Assembly (NCBI GenBank): GCA_946965045.2
Contig: OX337240.1
Location: 1,488,001 to 1,552,000, forward strand
Direction: 5' to 3'
Length of the DNA: 64,000 nt
From: Epithemia pelagica
Lineage: Eukaryota > Protista > Bacillariophyta
The notes beneath the pieces were generated by a model. It was not told the DNA's origin and searched no databases. It was given only the letters and a program-made list of their open reading frames with translations. This document shows positions 10,421 through 21,154 of the stretch, piece after piece. The position numbers and the translations under genes are program-made. Each line of letters begins with the position of its first letter. Within the stretch, counting starts at the first letter, position 1.

Positions 10421-10748
10421 TCTTGATTGGAGGGGATGTGATTTGAGAGAACAGAACAACCCTGCAATCAACCACGGAAGTGCGACCTGTTGGACTGATC
10501 TGTTTTCAATCGCGTGTGTTATCAGTTCAAGTGCAAATGGTTATGATTTGTCGTCGTGGTTCACTTCAAAACCTTCAAAAGTGACTGGTGTAGTTTGTAA
10601 ACGGTCAGACCTTCATGCTCGGAAAAGTCATACTCATATAACTATCTATGTATTATGAGGTGCGCAAAAAGTTGCTGGGTGGCTTTCCTTGAAAGAAGCT
10701 TTAGTTCATGGATAGAGCATCAAGGCCACTATACCATCTCGTTTAAAG

Positions 10749-12188
10749 TCACTTTTGATTATTAACTTTACTCCGGAGGAGTTGCTTCATGGAGGATGAC
10801 ACCATAGACTTTTTGCGAACAGGGGTAAGAGGCGTCAGTGAAAATAGGTTGGTATCTGCCAAGTGCAAAGACGTCTTGTCCTCTGTATGCTTGGTACTAG
10901 TACTGGTACTGGTTTCTTTCCTTTTTGTAGCGGGAGACTTTCGGCCCCCCTTCCTACGACTTCTACTTTGTGGTTCGGATCGTGAAATCTGTTCATACGA
11001 TGTTGACGCATGTGCACTGGCCTTGGTCCCAAAACCGGAAAGCCTTGCTTTTTCTTGGCATTGCTTCATCTTCCCCTTGGCTGAATATACACCGTACTTA
11101 CGACAGGACCGTAAATGTTGGCACATAGTGGGATCCCATATCGTTGACGTATACGAGCAGTTTTCACCAAGGCATGCATACATTGTTTTGCCTTCTTTTC
11201 CTCCTTCTGTGCTCTTTTCGTTCGATGGCATTGTCTTTTTTGGCAACCTTTTCTTTTTCCGAATCGTGTCTTGCCCGGTTTCTAGAGGACGCAGGCAAGG
11301 GTAGTGAACTAGAACTGCTTTCTTCAACCCACCCTTTCCTTTTCCTCCAGCGGAGTAGGCGGCGCCGCTCTTGATAAAGTCTGCACACATCATCCGGTTC
11401 GATCGTTTGATAAGCATAGGCTTAACAAGCAATTTCTTTCTTTTCAATGCCGCTTTTCTCTTTTTCTTTTGCATCTTTTCTGTTTGTTTCACGAGTTTTC
11501 TTCGGTTCTCTTCTACAAAGGACCTAAACACTGCCAGGTTCTTACGCCGTCGTTGGGATGATTTGGGGTTGAAATTCGGTTTGAAGGTCATAACAACTGT
11601 CTTGTTGGTAGACCTTGCAAACCTTGGGAGCGCCCCAGGTCCATACTCTTTTAATGTCTGCCGAGCTGAATGTGTGAGGATCAACGGCGGACATGCACCA
11701 TAGTCTTGCCATGTGTGGTCTTGACGAAGGTGCTTTCGGCCGCCACGATGAGAACCAGCTTTCTTCCGAAGATAATCATACTCATACTTTACAAGTGCCC
11801 AATTCCTATTAGCCGCTCGATCAACCCGTGGAATACCTGGACAGGGACTTTTCTTTGAGCGTTGCGGATAAACCAGGCAGACATTAATGCCAGGAATTAA
11901 GATCCCGTGATGTTGCAAGTTGGTCTCCCTTCCACGTCTTGAGAATCCTGTTCCGGCCATGGATTTCTTCTTCATGCTCTTCGGTTTTGTGGATATGCGA
12001 TTTGGAGGATGCCCATTTCTTTTGGATCCTTTGACAGCCTTTGGTGCGGAGGCCGTGGGTTTCGAAGCCTCGGGTTTCTTTTTCTTCTTCTGCGTTGGTT
12101 GCATCGACTCATTCTGCCGTCGGCGTTTCGGAACGACGGCATTTGGACCATTGTTAGGATCCTTGGAAGTTTTGGATTTCTTTTTCAT
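10749..12188 (-). CDS. Basic, probably nuclear protein with one C2HC zinc-finger repeat (YACLGENC...H-x3-C)
   Basis: 479-aa ORF with many K/R clusters. The finger at 11190-11056 matches the repeats in 35585-37598. Confidence 0.8.
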   Translation of the reverse strand: MKKKSKTSKDPNNGPNAVVPKRRRQNESMQPTQKKKKKPEASKPTASAPKAVKGSKRNGHPPNRISTKPKSMKKKSMAGTGFSRRGRETNLQHHGILIPGINVCLVYPQRSKKSPCPGIPRVDRAANRNWALVKYEYDYLRKKAGSHRGGRKHLRQDHTWQDYGACPPLILTHSARQTLKEYGPGALPRFARSTNKTVVMTFKPNFNPKSSQRRRKNLAVFRSFVEENRRKLVKQTEKMQKKKRKAALKRKKLLVKPMLIKRSNRMMCADFIKSGAAYSAGGKGKGGLKKAVLVHYPCLRPLETGQDTIRKKKRLPKKTMPSNEKSTEGGKEGKTMYACLGENCSYTSTIWDPTMCQHLRSCRKYGVYSAKGKMKQCQEKARLSGFGTKASAHASTSYEQISRSEPQSRSRRKGGRKSPATKRKETSTSTSTKHTEDKTSLHLADTNLFSLTPLTPVRKKSMVSSSMKQLLRSKVNNQK

Positions 12189-12402
12189 ACTCCTTGGTTT
12201 TATGGATTCCTTCCTTCCTTTTTGGTCACAGAAAATTTGTAAGATGCCTCTGTGGAGAAATTTTTATGTCGCAATCTGATTGGAGAAGACGCGCGGTCAT
12301 GACATGAGTCCCGCAACATTCCTCACAATTCGGATATCTTAGTAGCCGCGACCTCTCGTGATGGAAAGGGACCTAAAGGTTTGAGACACCTTCGAGCGAA
12401 AC

Positions 12403-14745
12403 TCAAGAGCCGTGGTGAGGAGCAGCCCTTGTGGATTCTGCCGGAACGAGTTTAACGCACACTTTGGCTCGCAATGGGAGGCAATAGACGCATCCATCCG
12501 AAGCCAGGACCCCTCCTTCAAACTTGTCCTTGACACCAATCATGGTCTCACCACAATCGACAATATCCACAAAATCTTTGTTCTCCTCGACAGTATGATC
12601 ATCCGTACTCGCTGCCGGAACAATCCGCAGGACACCCGAGGCTCGTTGTGGAATTCCATACAAGGCTCCATCTCGACAGGCAAATCCGTTTTGAAACTTG
12701 TTTGCGCCGTCCAATAGCAAGGGTCCTACCAGGCACAAGTCATCTGTTTCGCAGTCGATGCGCAACACGCGTTCGGCGTCACAGGGAAAGAGATAGACAA
12801 ATCGGCCGTCCAGGGTCCGTGCACCGCCGAGATATTTGTATCGATGGTCTTGTGGAATCCGGTGTCTGCCCGAACGCAGAATACCTTGGTCACCACCAAC
12901 CGTATACACGCGTTGCTCTGGCACATTGACAACCAAGACGGAGTCGCTATTGTTGGGAAAGCCATAAATCTTGTCCCCTGCCTGAATACCGCCATGCCAT
13001 TTCCAATTGCCATCGGGAAGAAAGTCGCCATTGGACTGTTTCATCAAGGACACCTTGTCTGTTTGGGGATCAATCTTTAGGACGGCGTTGTGATAATGAG
13101 GTATCCCATAAATACATCCATCCGACCCGGCAATTCCACCAAACCATTTGCATCGCGAGGTATGGTGCGGTCCCAAAAAGACAATTTGTTCGGTGACTGG
13201 GTGAAATTTCATGACACGCGTGGCATTGGCCGGTATGGTGTACACCCAACCATTGGATGCCAAAACGCCACCATGATACAGCCAATCCGGACTTTGACAT
13301 CCTTCGCGCAAGGTGTCGTCACCAAACTTGGTGACTTTGTCCGTATAGGGGTTGATTTTCAAAATCGAATGGGAATTACAGGGTAGGGCCACACAACATC
13401 CCCAAGGATAGTCCGGACTGTTCATGGCATCAGCAGGGATTTCGACGCCTCGTAGCCATTTGAACTTGCCCTCAAAGGATGGACCAATGGCATCCATGGT
13501 ACCATCGGCCACTCGAATGCGCATGACACGACGCGCGGTCCCAGGAACTCCGTATACATATCGACCACATGGAGAACAGACACCTCCTAAGTACTTGTCT
13601 TGGCCTTGCAAGGAAAATTTGGAATCCACGGAGGAGGGACGGAGAAATTCGACTCGGGCGTCGCATTTTCTACGGTTCTGCATCACCTTGTCATTTTGGT
13701 CACCATCCTCTTCGAGGCGCAATCCTTGAACAATGGCACGTTTGAGTTCATGTTCCGTATAGTTGTAGGGTAGAAGACCATACAATTGGGCCAACTGTAC
13801 GGTCAACAGGAGTGGACCAGTCCGAAAATAGGAGCGACCGTGGATTGCTGCCTTCTCTTCGTCATGGTCCAGCGCATTCGTCATCGAGTGTTCTTCCTCG
13901 TGGGGAAGGAAATTCCCAGTTCGACGTTCTTTATAGGCCTGCATTTTTCGACTCAACATGGATGTCGGCGTGGCACTTGCTGGTTGCATGCAAGAGAAGG
14001 CACAGGCTACTAGTTCTGTAGTACTGGTCGTATGCGTTGTGGGAGACGGATGGAGTTCCATCGAGATATCGGATCGCCACAACAAGACATGCCCTCGTTT
14101 TAGTTGCACTGAAACCTTTCTGTTGTGAAGCAACACCAGGCCAGGCTCCTCGCTCAACCAAACTGTACTTCGAATCAGTGATGAAGGTGATTCCAGCAGG
14201 GCCTCCTGGACAAACGGCAGTTCACTCTTGTGACCACGACAGCCAAACAAGAAGCCTTCTTTGGACGAATGCAATTCTGGAGTTTGGAGCAAGGGTGTGT
14301 AAACTCGATTGGCCAAGGGTCCGTGAACTTGGCGTCCCAGCAAAAACCCGGCGCCATGCGAAGCAATGAAATCGGGGTGGTGGTTGGATACAAACAAGCG
14401 GTTGGAATTCTCCCATGTGGATGGATCGGATCGTTGAATGGTGCAGTTGGAAGTGTCCTCGAGAAACTCCCACAGCTTGTCGAGGGTCGCTTCACATTCC
14501 TCCTGGGTCAATATTGCCAATGGCACGACATAGTATCCTTCGGCGCCCAGCGCCAGGCGGGCAGTCTCGAGCCACGGAACTTCCTGAACTGACTCCTCGC
14601 TTTCGGACGATGTCGGCTTCATTCTTTTTTCAAATAATGGTGTGGAAAGGATGCGAGAGAGGAGAGGAGGAGAGCAACAGTGGGCGACGGCAAAAGATAT
14701 CTCATGGTTGCGCGCAAAAGCAAAAATTTTGACCCCTTCCGACAA
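12403..14745 (-). CDS. Degenerate PhyH-like domain fused to an 8-repeat beta-propeller
   Basis: N-terminal [27 protein letters not shown]...DPSTW and RGHVLLWRS...CMQP. C-terminal eight repeats of K(W/Y/F)xGG-x4-DGxIYGIP-x2-AxxVLxIDP (about 13600-12430). Confidence 0.8.
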   Translation of the reverse strand: MSEGVKIFAFARNHEISFAVAHCCSPPLLSRILSTPLFEKRMKPTSSESEESVQEVPWLETARLALGAEGYYVVPLAILTQEECEATLDKLWEFLEDTSNCTIQRSDPSTWENSNRLFVSNHHPDFIASHGAGFLLGRQVHGPLANRVYTPLLQTPELHSSKEGFLFGCRGHKSELPFVQEALLESPSSLIRSTVWLSEEPGLVLLHNRKVSVQLKRGHVLLWRSDISMELHPSPTTHTTSTTELVACAFSCMQPASATPTSMLSRKMQAYKERRTGNFLPHEEEHSMTNALDHDEEKAAIHGRSYFRTGPLLLTVQLAQLYGLLPYNYTEHELKRAIVQGLRLEEDGDQNDKVMQNRRKCDARVEFLRPSSVDSKFSLQGQDKYLGGVCSPCGRYVYGVPGTARRVMRIRVADGTMDAIGPSFEGKFKWLRGVEIPADAMNSPDYPWGCCVALPCNSHSILKINPYTDKVTKFGDDTLREGCQSPDWLYHGGVLASNGWVYTIPANATRVMKFHPVTEQIVFLGPHHTSRCKWFGGIAGSDGCIYGIPHYHNAVLKIDPQTDKVSLMKQSNGDFLPDGNWKWHGGIQAGDKIYGFPNNSDSVLVVNVPEQRVYTVGGDQGILRSGRHRIPQDHRYKYLGGARTLDGRFVYLFPCDAERVLRIDCETDDLCLVGPLLLDGANKFQNGFACRDGALYGIPQRASGVLRIVPAASTDDHTVEENKDFVDIVDCGETMIGVKDKFEGGVLASDGCVYCLPLRAKVCVKLVPAESTRAAPHHGS

Positions 14746-15120
14746 AGAGAGGGGGCGGGTGACAGACCCCCAGATTATGCCTCTTTGTTTTAACCGAGTT
14801 CGCCCTCCTCTCCATTACCTTAATGATGGATGCAACTACAAGCTCTACCTAGAGAATCCATTGAGTATCCCAAGCATCGGATGAAGCCCTTCATGGAGGC
14901 AGCGAAAACCATGTAAATAGAACAGGAAGTGTATTCCAGGCGAAACCTTTGAACTTGACAGATTAATACTGTTGTTTCTCACTGACTCTTGGTTTCCGGC
15001 GAGTGGTCATCTACCAGAAGTTGTCCCGACAGATCCTACCATGCCACCATGTACATGGGTCGGATTATAATGCACGCGATATTCCTGTGCAAGAAAAAGG
15101 TCTGCTCTCTCGACTCATCG

Positions 15121-15156
15121 TTGTAAACTGTTGTTTAGTTGCAAACTGTTGTTTAG
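15121..15156. repeat. 18-bp tandem duplication (TTG[T/C]AAACTGTTGTTTAG x2)
   Basis: 15121-15138 and 15139-15156 match at 17/18 positions. Confidence 0.85.
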
Positions 15157-15654
15157 CAGAGAGTCCCAAGATAAATTCCATGATGAATGGAGAATATGGA
15201 CGGAAAGGCTTCAGTTTCCTTCGTTCTTGTGTACACCAAAATCCAAAATCCCTCCTACCATAAAACCATAGGGAGATGGACAATGGGCAATTAGAGAAAG
15301 GGTATCTTTTTATCATCTTTCTTTGTGGGTTGCGCGATGGTTCCACTTCCACGTGAGCGCGTTCTTTGTTGGTGCCTTGCGTCATTGGAATTTGAGATTT
15401 TCTTGCAACTGAGACATGTGTCTCGTATCCCCGAATTCCAATGGTGTGTCGCACAGCCACATACAAAGTCGAGAACCGCGTGTATCTCTATGACTATCTG
15501 ACTTTGTGTACTCCACGAAGCGCGCGAACGGCTCACTCTACAATAGATTGTAATAAGGTGCGTCGTCGGCAGCCGCGGCAACGGTGCCGATGTCCGAGTG
15601 CTGTCCGAATGGTGGAGTGATTGGGGAGCCCCCAAACGGCGGTTTCTTTGGCAC

Positions 15655-15672
15655 GTCACGCGCGCGCGTGAC
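15655..15672. promoter_or_regulatory. Perfect 18-bp palindrome GTCACGCGCGCGCGTGAC in a divergent intergenic region
   Basis: Self-complementary sequence ~400 bp upstream of the kinase ATG. A regulatory role is inferred only. Confidence 0.4.
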
Positions 15673-16066
15673 TGCGGCAAAGACGACGACGGTTGATAAC
15701 CGACGAGCCTTTCACCGCCGCGGGGGCCCGAGTTTCTCTTTTTTCTGTTACGCCCCCCTCTCTCCTTTCCATCATCACAGACCCCGGGCCATTGGATATT
15801 CACAACTCACAACATTCTCTCTACCGGTTCATTGCTTTCTCTCTCTCCCTCCCTCATCATCATTTGTGTGCTCCCTGTATACACTCTGCTTCATTGACAT
15901 CCTCGTCTGCTGGAGATCCAGTGTTACGGAAAAGTGATCTTTGTTTGGCAGTGAAACTACAGCATGCAAAGCAAGAAAAGCCGTTTTGGTGGAAGGTGAG
16001 AGTGTTTTGAAACCGTTTTTTGTTGTGACTTGGAGCACAAGAACGTCCAGGAAAAGAACCAAAATA

Positions 16067-19000
16067 ATGAATCTTCATGATGATGACGAGTCATTCGACA
16101 AGGACTTGGAGGAATGGGACAACCGGCAACAAACAGTGACGACTTGGTCAACCACTGTCCAACCAATGTCACAACGTTCCAATCGTCGGACCTTTGCCTC
16201 GCGCCATCGAAGAGGAGCTTCCTCCACCACCAAAAAGCTTCAGCCAAGCAGCAGTAGCACCCCCAAAGTGCTGTTGGAGGGTAACAGTCATTCCAGTAAT
16301 CGAATGGAGGAGATCAGTCCCCATCGGAAACCGGAAAGTGGCCGGATACGTCAAAACAAACGACCTTCCCTGCAACCCAAGCCTTCCCCTTCGCAACATC
16401 ACCCTTATAGTCGATCCTTCTCCATGGGTGCCACGGCACCCCTGTCACCTTCTGTGCCCTCCTTTTTGGGTGTACCCCTCCACAATAACACAAACAGTAG
16501 CAACAAGCCATCGCCTTCTTCGGCCTGGCGTCCTCGGAGAGGCATCCCCGATATGTCTTCTTCTTCTCTAGAAGATGAAGACGAGGAAGAGGACATGATG
16601 ATGATGATCCCTTCTTCTAGACGAGCAGTAGAACCAGCGATTCCTCCCATTCCTCCTTGTTTGGAACGAACTACCTCCTTGCGAAGTCACACGGCAACTC
16701 GCAAACCAACCAGTCGCCGATTGCTCGGACAGCAACCCAAAAGCCAAACCTTGCCTCCACTGGGACCGAGTAGCAGTGGAAGCTTGGGCCTGAACCATTC
16801 GTCGAAACAGCAACGTCTTTCTCCACCTCCCAAGTATGCTCGGTCCTTTTCTCTGGGATCGCAAAACCTGATGCATCACAAACAGGCGGTCCGTGGACCC
16901 CTCGAAGAAGATTTCTTTGCTCCTTCTCCTCAGGTACCGGATGAAGAAGTTCTCTTGTCTCCACCCTCGCCTCCCCTACGTCGATCCTGGACTTCGACGG
17001 CCATGTTGTCAGCAGTCGAAAATGCTCATCCCAATTTCTTGGACGAGCCTAATACCAATCATCATGATGAATTGGATGTCAAGAGGGAACGAAAAAAGAT
17101 GAGAGCCCGACGAGCTTCCATCCAGGGGGCCATCCCATCCTCCCTCTCTTCTCCCAAAGTCGCATCCAGTGCTCCTCCTCCGATTCCACCACGACCTGGA
17201 GGAGCAAGCTTTGCGGTACGGTCACTTTCTTCTGCCTCGTCACCCTCCCATTCGAACAAACGACGGTCCCTTTCCGCCGCCGAAGTATCGGCCAGTGACT
17301 TTTTTGCGGCGGCGACTGCAGCCGGATCGCCCAGTACGTTATCGAGAGCCAGTAGTGGTCGGAAGCGTGGTGTCTGTGGATCTCCCATTGCCGACCTCAT
17401 GGCGGACGATTTGAGTAGCAATACGGGCATGTCGATTTCCCTCAACAGTTGTTCCTCCTCTCTCTCGGTACGACGACGATCCCGAAGTCGAATCTTTTCG
17501 CCACCCACGACTCCGTCTGGAGGAGGTCCCCTCTTGGGCAACCTTGCACTCCCTCCTTCCTTGGATCCACCCCTGGTCGTAGACCACGCCAATGGTGGTG
17601 GTGGTGGCAGCAAAAGTGGTCCAAAACAGACGCTGTCGAGGCGATCCTCCAATGTCACTGCCACCACAAGTAGTAGCAACCATCATCGAAACAACCATTG
17701 GGACCCAGAAGAGGAGTGTCGGGGAATGAATGAGTCGTCCTCAGATGACGACGACAACGAGTCCCATTCCAGTCTTCCAAATCCCAATGACATGTCCATT
17801 GCACACTCTGTCACGGAGGACAGTCATCCCGTTCCAGTCATTACAGTTTCCACCGATACGGCTGCTACCATTCCCACATCCGGCCAAAACCAGCACCAAG
17901 ATGCCAAGGAGAACGATATTCTCGAGTCCATGTCTTCCTACCAAGACATGAAATTTCTCATCAAATCCTTGCGTGAACAGGCCCAAAACGCGCACCGGCG
18001 CGGGGGAAGTGCCTTTGGAGGAGGTCAAAATGCAAGCTGGACCGTCTACCTTCCGGCAGCCTGGCACAGTGAACGTCGGAATGCCTTTTTGCAATGGATC
18101 ACGCAACAGTTTCAGTTTGCACCGCGGCCCTTGGGGAATGCCGTGAGTGTCTTACAAATATCCAAAACTCGGGGACAAGTGGTTTTGGCGCGTCTGGAAG
18201 ACGCTCTCCTGGCTCACAAGAAAAAGGAGATTGAAGAATTGGAGGATCAACAAGCAATCCTGCCGGAAACACCGCAAGTGTCCATGTTGTCGCCCCACCA
18301 CCTTCCACAGACCACCATGGAGTCACGGGGTGCTGTGGTGGCTCCGGTCTTATCACCAGCAGGACTACTGCACACCCATTCGAGGAACGTACCATCGTCC
18401 GAGGATGAGGGAACCAGTGCACTTGCGGCTGGTCTCCAAACCTTGTCGCTGGAGAGACAGGTGGTAGAGAGGAATAAGAAGCGAGAATCCGACGTGTCAC
18501 TGCACGTGGGTGAGGATTTTGTCGAAACCGTGGCCGGTGACCTTCGTCCATCCATGGAACACTCCATGGTAGGAGCAACGGACCTGATGCTCCACCTTCA
18601 TGGTGGCAGCAGCGATCATGAAGAGGAGGACGGCGACGAAGATCCAACCGATGCGGGTGATCTTTCGGACGAAGAGTTGGCCAAGCTTCCGAAATTGTCC
18701 ATTTCGTCTACCAACACAACCTCCATGGGTCGTCTCAGTGCTCCACACCCCATTCAAACGACTTTGGAAGTGATTGAAACGTACGTATTGCATAAAATGA
18801 AACATATATACAGGCAACACGTTCCGTTATGAATACTCTTGTAATCTCATGTTGTTTGTTTCTTGACCAAACAGACCACAAATAAAGCCAGACGAGGGCT
18901 GGGGTTCTCGTCCTATTCCAGGGAAAGATTGGGGGACATCACAGCCATGCGAAGAAACAATTTTGGACGAGCTCTCCGAACGCTTCGATGAGACCTGTCA

Positions 19001-21092
19001 AGCAGCCGGTGTTCGTGACTCTACTGGTGGATTGCCAGTAATGCCTGGTGGGTTAGATATGGAAGAGGAAGAAGACGATATTGCTGGAGATGTCGTCATG
19101 GTGGAGCAACTCGATGATCACGTCGTTCGCCGGCGGAAGGAAGTGTCCATGGCGAAACGCAAACGTATGTCGCTCTGGGCAAGAGCATCACAAGAAGCTT
19201 CTTCGCTCTTGCCCCCAGCGTCTTCGTTCTTCTCCAAACGACAGAGCACAAAGCCAGCGGCGTCATGCCTAGCGGAGAATGAGGAGATTTCCATGCTGCG
19301 ACATGAGTACACGGGAAGCTTTCCCATTCGAGAATCTTCCTTGTGTGAAGTTGATTCCGTGTCGGAAGTATCCGATGAGAAGGTGAAACAAGTGGTTATG
19401 GACGACACGCTTCTTGTAAATATTTTTTCGTTTTTGACGGAAAGCGAAATGCTATGTAGAGCCTCTTTGGTTTGTACAACGTGGGCCAGTGCAGTCACCA
19501 TGGCCCATGCATCACATATGATGGCAAGTGTGGGATACCACCAAGACATTCACGAAGACGAGAATGAGGAGGAGGAGGTTCCAATGACGGACAAGGAAGG
19601 CAGCAGAGTCATGTCGACGGACCGCGACTGGCGATATCTCACTCGAATGTTTCCTTGGGCATGCTTCCTTTCCTCCGGTGCTTTCAAGCGGGTTTTCAAA
19701 GTGCACAATTTGGCCGTAGGTGCTGAAGAAGCGGTGTCTGTTATGGATGTTGACGCTATTGAGGACAAAAAGGTCATTGCTGCAGAGTTGGTCGTTTCAT
19801 CTATGCTCAGTGCTCTCGCTCGACGTGGCATTTGCCCCAACTTTGTCGTTCTACACGGTGTATTTACCCTTCCTTACGATGTACCTAAGTCTCACTGGGG
19901 ATGTGAAACAGTCAAACGTCCCAAGGGTTCCCGGTTCATTCAGGGGAAGAAAATGGGTCGTCCACCACGACAGCCAAAAGACGAGTTTTCTCCAGGTCGA
20001 TATCAATGCATGAGGATGGAACTTTGTTCAGAGGGCGATTTTGAGGAGTATCTCAAGAGACAACAAGGGGGGCGCTTGTCAAACGAAATGGCGCGAGCAA
20101 GTCTTTTCCAAATAGCGTTTGCCTTGCATGCTGCTGCAGAGCGATGCTCCCTCAAACACTATGATATGAAGTTATTGAACGTTTTTGTTCAAGACATCAG
20201 TCACTCAGTCGATGCAGCCCAATCTCAAGTTGTGCTTCGTTATGGTCTTGGATCTCACGTGTTTGCCTTACGGCTGCCTTCAACACATGCATTTTTTGCC
20301 AAACTTGCGGACTACGGGACGGCCAACATTCAGAACGAATCGACGGGTATGTCCGTAACAATTGCTCAGTATACGACAATAGAAAACACTCCACCCGACT
20401 TTATGATCCTTGGGGACGACGCTACTCAGGGACATGGCCACGACAATTTTGGACTGGGTCTATGTATGCTACATCTTTTTACGGGACATGCGCCCTATGA
20501 AGAAATCATGGAAGATATTATTTGTCCACCCATGTTGAAAAGGAAGCTTCGCAACATTTGGGAGAACGAAAACAGAACGAAGTACAGTGTCATTCGGAGT
20601 GTAATACTGACTGACGTTTATAAGGATGAACGTGGTCACATTGTCGAAGGTGAACCGGATGAGACCCTTTATGATACTTTGTATCGATTCCTCGTTTTGT
20701 TCGGACTACCTGAGGAGAAATTCGAGCAGCGCAAGTGTCCTGCGGTATGGAAAGCCATATCAGACGCATTGGAGTGTAAACGATCCGGTGGTCGACGACC
20801 GAAACAGGGGACAGACATTGCTCAGTTTGACAAAGACCGTCAAAAATATTCGATCCACTACGGTACGAACGTTTACATTGCACGAGCACGGCATAGTCTA
20901 GAAGCCATGGAAGGGGGAATGGAACTTCTTTGTCAGTTGTGTTCGTTTGATCCCTCAGCACGTGCTACGGCACTTCAGGTTCTCAATTCCAGATTCATGG
21001 AGCCTTTGAGAGAACCGGAAGGCTCAAATTATGAATATGAGGACAGCTTGGTCTTCTCCTACAACGCATTCTCCACCTTTACTCCGTCCTAA
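16067..21092 (+). CDS. Large atypical Ser/Thr kinase with F-box-like motif (join 16067-18780, 18875-21092; ~1643 aa)
   Basis: Intron 18781-18874 (GTACGT...CAG, 94 nt) joins the two track ORFs in the correct phase (AC|A). Long disordered S/P-rich N-terminus; F-box-like DTLLVNIFSFLTESEMLCRASLVCTTW; kinase motifs SGAFKRVFKV, HYDMKLLN, KLADYG, TPPD, DNFGLG. Confidence 0.88.
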
Positions 21093-21154
21093 TCGAGCTA
21101 GCTGAAAAGGTTTCTTAACTTCGATTCTAATTCTTCTCCATTTTAGGCGCATTG

